A DNA stretch of 64,000 nt, taken from Prevotellaceae bacterium UBA3849 (GTDB lineage Bacteria; Bacteroidota; Bacteroidia; Bacteroidales; Bacteroidaceae). A program made the position numbers and the translations under genes. The notes under the pieces were generated by a model that had not been told where the DNA came from, did no database searches, and saw nothing but the letters and a program-made list of their open reading frames with translations. This document shows positions 27,844 to 39,600 of the stretch, piece by piece. How positions within the stretch are numbered: position 1 is the stretch's first letter; each line of letters begins with the position of its first letter. Location: positions 17,906-81,905 of the forward strand of contig DGHL01000040.1 in NCBI GenBank assembly GCA_002392645.1. Direction: 5' to 3'.

Positions 27844-28878
27844 CTACAGTCTGTCGCTGAATGCCTTTATGGCGTTCCTGACTATCTTCTCTGCCTCGCT
27901 AAGTGAGCAGTATAGCCTGCCTCCGGATGCATTCTTGTGTCCTCCGCCGTTAAAGAATTGCTCTGCCATCTCGTTGCACGGGAAATCATCAACGGATCTC
28001 AGGCTTACCCATACGACGTTAGGTTTCTCGCTGTCCTCACGTAGAGATATAGACAGTCTGTGTCCCTTGATCTGCAGTGGCATGTTCACCAGTCCTTCAG
28101 CGTCTCCCTTTATAAAATGGAAACGGCGCAGTTCTTCCTTTGAAAGCGTATAGTATGATGCTTTCAGCGGGGTCAGTACCTTCAGCTTCTGGTACATTAC
28201 GTACCCGGTGAGCCTCAGTCTGTCGACGCTGAACACGTGGTATATGTTTCTGTATATCTTGTCCTTGTCAATGTCTTTCGCCAACAACTGTGAAATGATG
28301 AAGTATATTTCGGGTGCATTGCTGTTATAGGTAAAGCCACCGGTGTCCGTCATCATGCCGCAGTATATGTTCGTAGCCATGTTCTTTGTCATGCTTTCAT
28401 ATCCGCCGAGCTGCCATATCAGTCTGAATACTATCTCTGACGTGCTCGACATTGTAGGGAATGATATTTGTGGCTGGCTCTCTATCACGGGGTCGAGGTG
28501 GTGGTCTATGAGCAGGAACTTGGCGGTTGACTGCTCTGTCACCTGTTGCAGTTCTGCACCGGTACGCGACAGGTTGTTGAGGTCCATGCAGCATATTAGG
28601 TCGGCTTCGCTGATTACCTTCTTTGCCTCATCCTTCTTCTTGTCGAAACGTATGGACTGCTGTGCGCCAGGGAGCCATTGTAGGTAGTCAGGGTACATGT
28701 CAGGTACGATCACGGTGGCGTTCTTTCCTGACATGTTGAGGTATTCTGCCCATGCAAGGGTAGAGCCGAGTGCATCGCCGTCTGCGTTCATGTGGCAGAC
28801 TATTGCAATGTTTTTTGAAAGTGAAATGAGGTCGCGCAGTTGTGCGACCTCATTATCTGTAAGTAATTCTATGTTCAT
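27844..28878 (-). CDS. nrnA: DHH family bifunctional oligoribonuclease/PAP phosphatase
   Basis: H..ADGDALGS, IDHH, TDTGGF and GGGH.NASG motifs. Confidence 0.88.
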   Translation of the reverse strand: MNIELLTDNEVAQLRDLISLSKNIAIVCHMNADGDALGSTLAWAEYLNMSGKNATVIVPDMYPDYLQWLPGAQQSIRFDKKKDEAKKVISEADLICCMDLNNLSRTGAELQQVTEQSTAKFLLIDHHLDPVIESQPQISFPTMSSTSEIVFRLIWQLGGYESMTKNMATNIYCGMMTDTGGFTYNSNAPEIYFIISQLLAKDIDKDKIYRNIYHVFSVDRLRLTGYVMYQKLKVLTPLKASYYTLSKEELRRFHFIKGDAEGLVNMPLQIKGHRLSISLREDSEKPNVVWVSLRSVDDFPCNEMAEQFFNGGGHKNASGGRLYCSLSEAEKIVRNAIKAFSDRL

Positions 28879-28958
28879 TGGAACGTAGTGTTTCTGTGTA
28901 TTATCATTATGGTTAGGATTAATATAACCCCATCTGCAGTTTCTGTGGTTGCCGTCTG

Positions 28959-29879
28959 TTAAAACAGTTTGCTTGGATATACACCTTCTTCTACCAACTT
29001 GGCAATGCGTGCCACGGTGTCAGGACGGTCCTCAGAGTATGTTACGCCAAACCACTTGCTTGTAGTGTCGAGTACCTTGCATGTAGCAGTACCCTCGTTG
29101 ATGAGCTTGTTTACCATCAGTGGGATGAAGAACTCAGACTTGAGGTTCTTCATGTTCTCAGGATCACTGAGGAACTCCTTGAAGTACTCCTCGCTGTACT
29201 GGAAATAGTCTGGTGTGAAGCCCCACATATTCATAGATACAGGTGCGTTGTCGTCGATATATACCCACTCGCCGTCTTCCTTGTTGTCGGCGCGATAAGC
29301 TACCTTTCCGTCAACGCGTGCTATCTTTGTACGCTCCACGCAGGTGGTGAGACATCCAGCCTCGTCCTTAGAGCAGATACCACGACTTACGGTTCCGTTC
29401 TCTGACAGGGTGTTGCCTACGCGGAAACCTACCATGGCATACTGACCCTTGGCGCCCTCTGGCAGTTCGCTGAGGAATTTACCGATAACCATGAATGCGT
29501 CGCGATTGTAGAAATCGTCACAGTTGATTACGCAGAAAGGCTCCTTGATGACATCCTTACCCATCAGTACGGCGTGGTTAGTACCCCATGGCTTCTCGCG
29601 ACCTTCTGGAACGCTGAAGCCTTCTGGCAGTGCGTCGATAGCCTGGAAACAGAGTTCGCACTGTACCTTGCCTTCGTATTTAGCGAGAATCTGAGTACGG
29701 AACTGCTCTTCGAAATCCTTACGGATCACCCATACAATTTTACCGAATCCAGCCTGGATTGCATCGTAAATACTGTAGTCCATGATGGTCTCTCCGTTTG
29801 GTCCCAGACCATCGAGCTGCTTCAAACCGCCGTAGCGGCTACCCATGCCAGCAGCAAGCAAAAAAAGTGTTGGTTTCAT
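28959..29879 (-). CDS. Sugar-phosphate nucleotidyltransferase family protein
   Basis: LAAGMGSRYGGLKQ, KPWGT and INCDDFY motifs. Confidence 0.85.
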   Translation of the reverse strand: MKPTLFLLAAGMGSRYGGLKQLDGLGPNGETIMDYSIYDAIQAGFGKIVWVIRKDFEEQFRTQILAKYEGKVQCELCFQAIDALPEGFSVPEGREKPWGTNHAVLMGKDVIKEPFCVINCDDFYNRDAFMVIGKFLSELPEGAKGQYAMVGFRVGNTLSENGTVSRGICSKDEAGCLTTCVERTKIARVDGKVAYRADNKEDGEWVYIDDNAPVSMNMWGFTPDYFQYSEEYFKEFLSDPENMKNLKSEFFIPLMVNKLINEGTATCKVLDTTSKWFGVTYSEDRPDTVARIAKLVEEGVYPSKLF

Positions 29880-29929
29880 TATAGTTTTTTGTTTTGAAGT
29901 AATTGCTAACTTTAAACCTTTAAATTTTA

Positions 29930-30069
29930 AATTAAGAGTTAAGAATTAAGAGTTCTTGCCCTGGCAAGCGTCACTGCGTGCCGAGCGAAGAATTAAGAAT
30001 TAAGAGTTAAGAATTCTGCATTATGAATTATGAATTCTGCATTATTCATTATTCATTATTCATTATTCA
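29930..30069. repeat. Composite heptamer element (TTAAGAG/A)n - core - (TTATGAA)n(TTATTCA)n
   Basis: Directly visible; shares the AAGCGTC...GCCGAGCGA core with 26918-27034. Confidence 0.7.
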
Positions 30070-31167
30070 TTATGAATTCCCCATGTGGTTCCATCCCTGC
30101 GCCAGCATATCGAACTCGTTGCCGTCTCTTGAAACAAGTTTAAGTCCGAGTTCTGGCTTTGTGATATGTCCGATGACCTTTACGCCCTCCATGGCTTGAA
30201 GCTTGTCGTTGTCACCGATAGGACAGGTAAACAGCAGTTCGTAATCCTCGCCGCCGTTCAGTGCGCAGGTGGTGACGTTCATGTTAAGTTCCTCTGCCAT
30301 TATAGCCGTCTGGTAATCTATTGGCAGGAATTTCTCGAAAATCCTGCAGCCTTTGTCAGACTGCTTGCAGATATGGTGCATCTCCGATGACAGGCCATCA
30401 GAAATGTCAATCATAGAGGTTGGGTTTATTCCTGCCTCGCGTAGCTTAATCAGGATGTCGCCGCGTGCCTCAGTCTGCAACTGCCTTTGTATCAGGTATT
30501 CTTTTCCTGCGAAGTCAGGCTGCCATGCCTCGTTGAGACGTTGTTTGAGAGCCTCCAGCTGTTTTGCATCCGTGGTCTTCTTGATCTTCTCTTGGATGTC
30601 TTTTACCTGATTGTAATATACCATTTTCTCACGTTCCAGCAACTGTAGTCCCATGTATGCTGCACCGAGGTCGCCGGATACACATACCAAGTCGGTTTCT
30701 TTTGCACCGTTACGATATATGATATCTTCCTTCTTTGCCTCGCCTATACACGTGATGCTGATGGCAAGGCCAGTCATTGATGATGTGGTGTCGCCACCGA
30801 TGATGTCAACTCCCCATTTGTCGCATGCCATGCGCAATCCCTCGTAGAAATCTTCGAGGTCTTCAACTTGGAAACGCTTTGACAATGCGATGCTTACGGT
30901 TATCTGTCGTGGTGTGCCACCCATGGCGAAAACATCGCTGAGGTTCACCATGGCGGATTTGTAGCCCAAGTGTTTCAGGTCAACGTATGTAAGGTCGAAG
31001 TGTACGCCTTCCATAAGCATGTCGGTGGTCACCAAGGTCTCTGTACCGTCATAGCGTATTACGGCACAGTCATCGCCAACGCTCTTCTTTGTTGACTCGT
31101 TGTTTATTTTGATGTCTTTCGTAAGATGGTCTATCAGACCGAATTCTCCAAGTTTTGATATGTCCAT
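30070..31167 (-). CDS. thiL: Thiamine-monophosphate kinase
   Basis: GEFGLI, GDDCA, NLSD..AMG, GGDT, DISDGL and GGEDYEL motifs. Confidence 0.93.
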   Translation of the reverse strand: MDISKLGEFGLIDHLTKDIKINNESTKKSVGDDCAVIRYDGTETLVTTDMLMEGVHFDLTYVDLKHLGYKSAMVNLSDVFAMGGTPRQITVSIALSKRFQVEDLEDFYEGLRMACDKWGVDIIGGDTTSSMTGLAISITCIGEAKKEDIIYRNGAKETDLVCVSGDLGAAYMGLQLLEREKMVYYNQVKDIQEKIKKTTDAKQLEALKQRLNEAWQPDFAGKEYLIQRQLQTEARGDILIKLREAGINPTSMIDISDGLSSEMHHICKQSDKGCRIFEKFLPIDYQTAIMAEELNMNVTTCALNGGEDYELLFTCPIGDNDKLQAMEGVKVIGHITKPELGLKLVSRDGNEFDMLAQGWNHMGNS

Positions 31168-31259
31168 TATCCTATGTTTTTACCTCTCTCCCTTCTCTCA
31201 CGATTTGTTCTTGCCTCAGGTGCTTTCTGTTGCCTGGCGATGTTATCGTCGCAGCTTCA

Positions 31260-32090
31260 TCAGCTTATCATTCCTTTGAATATCTCTGTCATCAGTGGCT
31301 GTGCCTTGTTTGCTGCCTCCTGCACTTCCTCGTGCGTTGCAGTTTCAGGCGTATCGCTTATTCCCATGTTCGTTATTATGCTGATTCCGAAGACCTTGAT
31401 GCCGCAATGTCTTGCCACGATAACCTCAGGCACGGTGCTCATGCCAACGGCGTCAGCTCCCAGGGTATGATAGGCCTTGTATTCTGCTGGAGTCTCATAG
31501 CTTGGTCCCTGCACTCCGATGTAGGTGCCATGCACGAGTCTTATATTCTTTTCCTTTGCTATCTTCTCAGCCTTTGCTATGAGCTCATGGTCGTATGGCT
31601 CGTGCATGTCGGGGAAACGAGGGCCAGTAGGGATGTTCTTGCCTCTCAGCGGATGCTCAGGGAAGAAGTTGATATGATCGGTTATTACCATAAGGTCACC
31701 GATGCGGAAATCCTTGTTGGCACCACCGGCGGCATTGCTTACGAACAAAGTCTTTATGCCGAGTTCATACATCACGCGAATAGGGAACGTCACCTCCTGC
31801 ATGGAGTAGCCTTCATAGTAGTGGAAGCGTCCCTTCATGGCCATCACCATCTTGTCACCAAGAATGCCTATTATCAACCTTCCGTCGTGGCCCTCTACAG
31901 TAGATACAGGAAAGTCAGGGATGTCCTTGTATGGCATTTGCCATAGGATGTCTATCTCAGAAGCTAATTGTCCGAGGCCTGTACCCAGTATTATCGCTGT
32001 CGTCGGCAGGCATGTTTGCTTGTCTTGTGGCAGGCTGTTGGTAATTTGCTTTTTCAGCCATTCCGCTGTCTTTTGTATTCTTTCGTACAT
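31260..32090 (-). CDS. punA: Purine-nucleoside phosphorylase
   Basis: ILGTGLG, STVEGH, GRFHYYEG, GPSYET.AE and GMSTVPE motifs. Confidence 0.92.
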   Translation of the reverse strand: MYERIQKTAEWLKKQITNSLPQDKQTCLPTTAIILGTGLGQLASEIDILWQMPYKDIPDFPVSTVEGHDGRLIIGILGDKMVMAMKGRFHYYEGYSMQEVTFPIRVMYELGIKTLFVSNAAGGANKDFRIGDLMVITDHINFFPEHPLRGKNIPTGPRFPDMHEPYDHELIAKAEKIAKEKNIRLVHGTYIGVQGPSYETPAEYKAYHTLGADAVGMSTVPEVIVARHCGIKVFGISIITNMGISDTPETATHEEVQEAANKAQPLMTEIFKGMIS

Positions 32091-33144
32091 AGCTTATTAT
32101 TCTGTTGTTAAACCTCTCTTCGTCGTCTTGCATGAATGTAACCTTGATAGGTTGCACATACATTGCGGCTCTCACCTCGTCAGACAGGTTCTTTAGATGT
32201 TCCAGCCTCGTGGCGTCTTTTTCTGTCGTGACTATTATCGCCGGTTTCTTCATCATGCGGAACTGTGTGTTTATAGCCTCCGCGTCAGATTTAGTGAACA
32301 AGTGGTGGTCGGCAAATCGCATCGGCTTAATGCTCATACATTTGCCTTTCATATCCTCTATGATATGTTCTGGCGATGCTATACCGCTTAGCAGCAGTAC
32401 GTTTGGCAACAGTCCGTCCTCCTCCAGTGGCTTACCTTCAGCAAACAGTGGCTTCAGTGGTAGCTGCGTTATCGTAGTGAAATACAGGTCTTGGTATGGG
32501 TATAGATTCAATGTGCGTTGCAATACCCTGAATCCCATAGGCTTGGTATCTTTCGGGCACTTCGTCACTATCACTATGTCAGCTCTGTCTTTTCCTTTCT
32601 TAGACTCTCTTAGTCTGCCTGCTGGCAGCAACTCGTCGTATGTTATCAGACGGTGGTAGTCCATTAGCAGAATGTTTATGCCTGGCTTCACGTATCTGTG
32701 TTGGAAGGCATCGTCAAGTAATACCACCTGAGTGTCTTTCGTCTCCTCCTTGGTTGTCAGCATCTCTATTCCGTGGCATCTGTTAGCATCCACCGCTACG
32801 TATGCGTCAGGGAATTTCTTGTGCATCTGATAAGGCTCGTCACCTATTTGCGGCATTGTGGTGTCCTGCTTGGCAAGTCTGAAACCGTGTGTCTTTCTTT
32901 TATATCCTCTGCTGAGCACTGCTACCTTGAATTTATCGTGTAGCAGGTCTATGAGGTATTCCGTATGTGGCGTTTTGCCAGAACCACCCACGGTAATGTT
33001 ACCAACGGATATTACCGGAATGTCAAACTCACGCGATTTCAGCACACCGTTGTCAAACAGTGCGTTCCTTATTCCTACCACGGCTCCGTATATCCATGAC
33101 AGGGGCATTAACCATTTGTTTATTTTAATGAAATCGCCTTCCAT
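31957..33144 (-). CDS. lpxK: Tetraacyldisaccharide 4'-kinase
   Basis: VGNITVGGSGKTP, SRGY, GDEP, LDDAFQH, LPAGRLRE and TTEKD motifs; its 3' end overlaps punA by 134 nt. Confidence 0.93.
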   Translation of the reverse strand: MEGDFIKINKWLMPLSWIYGAVVGIRNALFDNGVLKSREFDIPVISVGNITVGGSGKTPHTEYLIDLLHDKFKVAVLSRGYKRKTHGFRLAKQDTTMPQIGDEPYQMHKKFPDAYVAVDANRCHGIEMLTTKEETKDTQVVLLDDAFQHRYVKPGINILLMDYHRLITYDELLPAGRLRESKKGKDRADIVIVTKCPKDTKPMGFRVLQRTLNLYPYQDLYFTTITQLPLKPLFAEGKPLEEDGLLPNVLLLSGIASPEHIIEDMKGKCMSIKPMRFADHHLFTKSDAEAINTQFRMMKKPAIIVTTEKDATRLEHLKNLSDEVRAAMYVQPIKVTFMQDDEERFNNRIISYVRKNTKDSGMAEKANYQQPATRQANMPADDSDNTGYRPRTISF

Positions 33145-33159
33145 TTCTTTTTTCTGATT

Positions 33160-33229
33160 GCTCGGAATTTTCTGAGTATTCCGAGTACTCGGATTATTCT
33201 GAGTATTCTGATTTCTCTGATTATTCAGA
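33160..33229. repeat. Intergenic 9-mer tandem repeats (TTCTGAGTA/CTCGGAATT-like)
   Basis: Directly visible between lpxK and sppA. Confidence 0.6.
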
Positions 33230-35086
33230 TTATTTCAATACCATTACTATCGGGCACCGTGCCTGTATAGGGCTTTGCTTTTCTATCCCTCTAACCATGC
33301 AGAATGGTTCATAGAACACCCCGAGTGTAGTCCGGAGTTGTTCATCAAGGTTGTTGCCGTGTCCCGATACTGTTTCAAAGAATTGGTCCAAAGCACTTGC
33401 AGGGGTGGGGTAGGATTCTATGGTATAATCCTTTATCTTAGCCAGCTGTGCAGCCTTCATTATAGCTTCGGGCATGCCGCCGAGCTGATCAACCAGTCCT
33501 ATTTGCTTTGCATCAGCACCAGTCCATACCCGGCCTTGCGCTATGTTCTTCACCTTGTCAACAGATAGTCGTCTGCCGTCTGCCACGCGCTTGCAGAATA
33601 ATTCGTAGCCTCTGTTTATGTATCTCTGCAGCATACGTTGTTCATCCGCATCGAAAGGACGTGCTGTCTGAGAGAAATCCATGTCGGCATGCTTGTTAGT
33701 CTTTACATTGTCAAACTTTATTCCCAGCTTATCCTGTACCAGTCCGCTCATATCGGGGAATACGCCGAATATGCCTATCGAACCGGTCAGTGTCGTCGGC
33801 TGTGCTATGATCCATGATGCTCCGGCGCTCATGTAGTAGGCACCCGATGCTGCCATTCCGCTCATTGAGACCACAACAGGTTTCTTTGTCTTCAGATGTG
33901 TCACGGCATGCCAGATGTCCTCAGAGGCAAAGGCATCGCCGCCACCGGAGTTGATGCGTATCACGACAGCCTTCACGTTGTCGTCATCTGCCAAGGCGTC
34001 AAGGTCGTCTATAACCTTTTTGCTTACTATCCCTGCATCGCCCATCAAGGCACCTGATGCTTCGTTCTGCACTATGCTGCCTTCGCAGTAATATACGGCA
34101 ATCCTGTCGCTGGCATTGTTACTGCCTATATATGCAGATGCAGTTCCTTTCGCAGGGTTTACGGGGTAGTTGCACATTTCCTTGCAGCATACCTGTTGTA
34201 TTATGTCACTGTCATCTATCTTCAGCAACTTTTTCATGTATGTCTTTACTTCGTTTGCATACATGGTGCGGTTCACCAGTCCTGCGGCAACCAGAGCCTT
34301 GGTGTCTTCCAGCATTAATATGCTGTCTGCCATGGCGTTCAGTTTCGTAACGTCTATGGTGGTGCTATGACTGATGTCATTTGATACGACACCCCAGATG
34401 TTGTTGATGTAGCGTGATACTTGTTCACGGTTAGCATCGCTCATCTTGTCTTCCGTATATTGCTCGGTAGCGCTCTTGTATTTGCCAACCTTGACAACAG
34501 TCATCTTTATCCCTACTTTTGCCAACAGGTCCTTTAGGTACATTGGCTGTGCACTTAACCCGTGCAGGTCAATCATTCCCTGCGGGTTAATCCATATCTC
34601 GTCAGCAGCAGAGCAGACATAGTATGCGCCTTGTGTGTATTCATCGCCATACGCTACCACCGTCTTGCCGTTCTTGCCTTTTACGCCATTACCTTTGTTA
34701 GAGCTGCCCTTGAAGCGTTCTATTGCTTTTCTTATCTCCTGCAGTGATGCGTAGTCCGCATTCATCACGCCGGCTTCCAGGTACAGACACTTGATATTGT
34801 CACATTGTGCCGCCTTGTCTATGGCGGTGACGATCTCGTCCACACCCTGCTGTACGGTATTGCTGCCGCCAAGGATGTCGTTGAAGATATTGTCGTTTAC
34901 GTGCTCTACTATATCGCCTGAAAGATTCACCACGAGCACGCTGTTGTCCTTGATAGTGACTGTATTGTCGCTACTTCCCGATATAGCGAAACAGAGTATT
35001 GCCAATATACAAAAAAACACCGTCACCGTGCCGACTATGACGACACCTGTAATGGTGGCAAGCGTATATTTTAGAAAATCCTTCAT
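33230..35086 (-). CDS. sppA: Signal peptide peptidase SppA (protease IV, S49)
   Basis: Tandem S49 domains with GKYKSA, RINSGGG, AASGAY, TGSIG and GRVWTG motifs. Confidence 0.93.
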   Translation of the reverse strand: MKDFLKYTLATITGVVIVGTVTVFFCILAILCFAISGSSDNTVTIKDNSVLVVNLSGDIVEHVNDNIFNDILGGSNTVQQGVDEIVTAIDKAAQCDNIKCLYLEAGVMNADYASLQEIRKAIERFKGSSNKGNGVKGKNGKTVVAYGDEYTQGAYYVCSAADEIWINPQGMIDLHGLSAQPMYLKDLLAKVGIKMTVVKVGKYKSATEQYTEDKMSDANREQVSRYINNIWGVVSNDISHSTTIDVTKLNAMADSILMLEDTKALVAAGLVNRTMYANEVKTYMKKLLKIDDSDIIQQVCCKEMCNYPVNPAKGTASAYIGSNNASDRIAVYYCEGSIVQNEASGALMGDAGIVSKKVIDDLDALADDDNVKAVVIRINSGGGDAFASEDIWHAVTHLKTKKPVVVSMSGMAASGAYYMSAGASWIIAQPTTLTGSIGIFGVFPDMSGLVQDKLGIKFDNVKTNKHADMDFSQTARPFDADEQRMLQRYINRGYELFCKRVADGRRLSVDKVKNIAQGRVWTGADAKQIGLVDQLGGMPEAIMKAAQLAKIKDYTIESYPTPASALDQFFETVSGHGNNLDEQLRTTLGVFYEPFCMVRGIEKQSPIQARCPIVMVLK

Positions 35087-35305
35087 TGAATTTCAGCGTG
35101 TTTAGACGTAAAGCGTAAAATCGAGTGCAAAAATACAAAAAATATTTCATTGGGCAAAGTTTTTCTTGTCTTATTTTATAATAAGGTGTAAAAAAATATC
35201 ATAAATGTTCGTGTGTAGAAAAAAAAAACTACCTTTGCATGAGCAAATACTGTAAGTAGGTGTGAAAATCAATCGCTATATAATTGAAACAAACCAAAAC
35301 AAACT

Positions 35306-36589
35306 ATGAAGAAAAAACTTACTTCAATCATGATGACGGCTCTGCTTTCCGTTGCCGTTATAAACTGTTATGCGGAAAAGTTTACCTACGACTTGTCTAA
35401 GTCACAGCCAGTCTATTCTGACAAAGGGGGATATGGCTACGATCTTACCAATGCGCCTGATGTAAAGAGTATTACTTCGGCAAAGCTGCCTTCTGGCGGT
35501 TCTGTGCCTCCTTTCTATTTCTCAGTAAAGGTGCCAGATGGTAACTATCGCGTGACGGTTGTCTTGGGTAGTAAGAAGCGTGGCGCTGATACCTATGTGC
35601 GTGCAGAGAACCGACGCCTTATGGTGGAGAACTGCAAGACTAAAAAAGGTGAGTTGCGCACGGTGTCGTTCCTTGTCAATAAGCGCAGTGTCGTTATCAA
35701 TGACAAGCAGAATGTGAAGATTAAGCCCGGCGAAGTGGGCTCGCTCACATGGGACGACAAACTGACACTTGAATTTAATGGTACTGCGCCATGTGTGCAG
35801 AGTATCACGATAGAACCTGACACCACAGCCGTTACCCTGTATCTCTGTGGCAATAGTACGGTGGTTGATCAAGGCAAGGAACCATGGGCGTCATGGGGAC
35901 AGATGTTCCCTCGCTGGTTTAACGACAAGGTCTGCGTGGCAAACTACGGCGAGAGCGGACTGACGGCGGCATCTTTCCTTGCACAGCTACGCCTCGACAA
36001 GATTCTCAGTGAGATAAAGCCGGGCGACTACGTGTTCTGCGAGTTCGGTCATAATGATGAAAAGGAGAAAGGCCCGGGTCGTGGTGCGTGGTATCACTAT
36101 TCCGTAGGTCTGAAGACCTTCATTGACCGTGTTCGTGAGAAGGGTGGCAACATCATCTTCTGCACGCCTACCCAGCGTCGTTTCTTCGAGAAAGACGGCA
36201 CCATACGCAACACTCATGGTGATTTCCCTGCAGCCATGAAGGCAGTGGCAGAGCGTGAGAACGTCCCATGTATTGATCTGAATGCCTCTACCAAGGTGCT
36301 CTTTGAGACGATGGGAGAGGAGGGTAGCAAGCAGTTGCTCGTACACTACAAGAAAGGTACCTTCGCTTGGCAGGATAGGGAGTTCGCTGACAATACCCAT
36401 TTCAATCCTTTTGGTGCTTATGAGGTTTCCAAACTCATCGTCATGGGACTCAAGCAACTCAACAGTCCGCTTGTTCAGTATCTCACGAAAGACTGGCAGG
36501 ATTTCTCTCCGTCATCACCTGATAGCCCTGCTGCTTTCCTGTGGCCTCAGTCTATCTTCCATGATGCCACGAAACCGGATGGCAACTGA
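35306..36589 (+). CDS. Rhamnogalacturonan acetylesterase (CE12, SGNH hydrolase)
   Basis: Signal peptide; GNSTV, SWGQ, EFGHND and DNTHF motifs; TACCTTTG promoter at about 35230. Confidence 0.88.
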   Translation: MKKKLTSIMMTALLSVAVINCYAEKFTYDLSKSQPVYSDKGGYGYDLTNAPDVKSITSAKLPSGGSVPPFYFSVKVPDGNYRVTVVLGSKKRGADTYVRAENRRLMVENCKTKKGELRTVSFLVNKRSVVINDKQNVKIKPGEVGSLTWDDKLTLEFNGTAPCVQSITIEPDTTAVTLYLCGNSTVVDQGKEPWASWGQMFPRWFNDKVCVANYGESGLTAASFLAQLRLDKILSEIKPGDYVFCEFGHNDEKEKGPGRGAWYHYSVGLKTFIDRVREKGGNIIFCTPTQRRFFEKDGTIRNTHGDFPAAMKAVAERENVPCIDLNASTKVLFETMGEEGSKQLLVHYKKGTFAWQDREFADNTHFNPFGAYEVSKLIVMGLKQLNSPLVQYLTKDWQDFSPSSPDSPAAFLWPQSIFHDATKPDGN

Positions 36590-36686
36590 TTAGGCCCCAA
36601 AGAAAACAGGCGTATCAGAAAAGCTTTCTTGTAGGCGATGATACCATCATCGCCCCTTAGATGAAATAAACTAACTAAAAAAGAAT

Positions 36687-39600
36687 ATGACAAAATCAAA
36701 ACAAATCTTCATGCTGCTGCTACTGCTGCTACTCTCGGTGACGGTATCAGCGCAGCGTGTCATTGACAACCTCGACCGTGGCATCGTTGCTGTCAAGACC
36801 ACTGGTGGCGTATTCATCAGCTGGCGTATTCAGTCTGATGAGTACTATGATGTCACCTACAACCTTTACCGCGACGGTTCGCTTGTAGCGGAGAACCTCA
36901 AGACATCTAACTATACTGATGCCTCAGGCTCGACCTCAAGCAAATATACTGTTGCTGCAGTCGTCAACGGTGTAGTTCTGGATCAGAGCCAGCCTGTCGC
37001 TGTTTGGGCACAGGATTACATGGAAATCACTCCTCAGCATCCTTCTGAGTTGAAGGCAACATACGTTCCTAACGATGCCTGTGCAGCTGACGTTGACGGC
37101 GACGGCGAGGTGGAACTGCTCATGAAGTACAACAACTCTCAGGAGATGTCAAACTCTTTTCCTGTTAATGGTTGGTACAACGAGCATACTCTGTTTGAGG
37201 TGACGAAGCTTGATGGCTCTGTGCTTTGGTGGGTCAACTGCGGACCAAACATGGGTGACTTCCAGAATAATGAACAGAATATCGTAGGCTATGACTGGGA
37301 TCAGGATGGCAGTGCAGAGGTACTCATGCGTCTTGAGGAAGGCTCAAGCATACACATGTCTGACGGCACTGTCTATACTATCGGTGCAGATGGTAAGAAC
37401 GGAACATCGTGGACAAACTATCGTAGTCAGGGCTGGGTTTCTCCAGCAGGTGCTACTGTTGCAGTTGAGACAGGCGTTTCTTCTACGGCAACGGTAAGTT
37501 GTTCTGCTGATTGGGTGACCTTGAGTAATGTTAATGGCGTGGTTTACGCTACCGCATCACAGAATGGAGATCCGACAGTAAATGGTTCCGGACGTAGTAC
37601 TACAATCACAATCGTTGACAATGGCGTGCCTAAGAAATTAGGTTTCGGTCAGAATTATTACAGGGACGGAAAGGAAATCTCAAGTCAGTACTTTACCCAC
37701 TATGGTAAGGAATTCCTCGTGTATTGTAACGGTAAGACAGGACAGGTATATGATATCATAGACTTTCCATGTGCACGTTTTGAATCAGGTGAGTCTGACC
37801 TCAATGCTGCATGGGGTGACGGCTATGGTCACCGTTCAAGCAAGTTCTTCTACGGCGCACCATACCTTGACGGGCGTAATCCAAGCATCTTCGTAGGACG
37901 TGGTATCTACACTCGTCATAAGTTCGTGGCTTTGGATGTTGACAAGAACACCCACAAGCTCTCTGAGCGTTGGCGTTGGATGAACAATCAGAAAGGCTCT
38001 CCATGGTACGGACAGGGCTACCATAACTATGGCATTGCCGATGTAGACTGGGACGGTCGTGACGAAATCGTGTTCGGTGGCCTCGTAATCGATGATAATG
38101 GTATGGGTCTCTCTACCGCAGGCTTCGGTCATGGTGATGCCCAGCATCACGGTGACTTCAACCCTTATATCCACGGACATGAGGGATGGTTCTGTAACGA
38201 GGAGGCACCAAACAACCACTATCGTGACCTTACTACGGCTAAGTTGTATTATCGTCTTGAAGGAGGTAGTGACGATGGACGTGCTATCGCTGGTAACTTC
38301 TGTAATACTGTGCCTGGTGCATTTGCATCATCTGCCAGAGATTCTGATAATCCAATCAGTCTCGTGACCAATGAACATGTAGCTGGTTACAGTACCAATG
38401 GCATGGCGCAGAACTTCAACTGTTACTGGGATGGTGACCTCTGCGAGGAAACATATAATGCTGACGGAACCAACTATGATGATAAGCCAGGCGCTATCTA
38501 TAAATATAATCAAGGTAAGATAAAGACGTTCGAGGGTTCGTTGGCAAACAACTGGACTAAGGCTACTCCTTGCTTCATGGGCGACATCCTCGGTGACTGG
38601 CGTCATGAGTTCGTTATGCGCACAGCTGACAATAAGATACGCATCTACACCACGACCATCGAAACACCTTGGCGCATTTATTCTATGTGGTATGACCACC
38701 AGCAGCGCAACGCCATGGTATGGCAGATGTGTGGATACAACCAGCCACCTCATACCTCTTACTTCCTCGGCGAGATGGAAGGCATCACTGCCGCTCCGCC
38801 TGCACTTACGATGAAAGGTCGTACGGAGATTGCCAATGGAGGAACCATCAGCAACGACGGTGCTTCTGTCATCACTTGCGAGACTAACGATATGACCGTA
38901 AGCGTTGCCGACGGTGCTACACCTTATATATATATAGACAACACTCCGTCATTGGTGTCTGGTTCTGCTCCGTCAGAAGCTACTGCCAAGGAGTATCCTA
39001 TCACATACACTTACTATACCCACACTCTTACAGGTGGAGCCTTCGCAGGTGACATGCGCCTCGTGAAGCAGGGTGACGGTGCGCTGACTCTCCCTGATGT
39101 AGTGCAGACATATACTGGTCAGACCGATGTGTGGGCTGGTACGCTTAACTTCAACGGTACCTTGCAGAACTCACGCCTATGGCTCAACCGCTTTGCAGAG
39201 CTCAACTCTGACAATGGTACTTTCGCTAAGGGCATACAGGCAGAATATGCTGCCATTATCCGCCCTGGTGGTAAGGAGGCTAAGGCTTCTACCATAACCA
39301 CTGACTCGCTTATCCTTGATTTCGGTTCTGTCGTTGAACTCGATATCTACAGCAACGGATTAAAGGCAGACTCTATCAAGGCAAACGTGCTGAAGATAGA
39401 GAAAAAGGACTGGACCAATGGCCCTCAGTACCTTACACCTGTATTCCGCATCAATGCACATCCGGCGGCAGGAGCGGCTGCTATCGCCGACGGCATTTAT
39501 TGCCTTGGTACAATAGGTGAAGTCAAGGGTAACCTTGGTGATATCATTATCGAGAATCTTCCAAATCAGAAGGCTGTCCTCTCACTTGAGGAAGGTAAGC

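Noticed and set aside
289-35105. Many 60-260-aa antisense or alternate-frame ORFs (for example 289-924, 24465-25133, 31155-31946)
   Set aside because: They overlap well-supported genes and lack motifs; such shadows are expected from codon bias.
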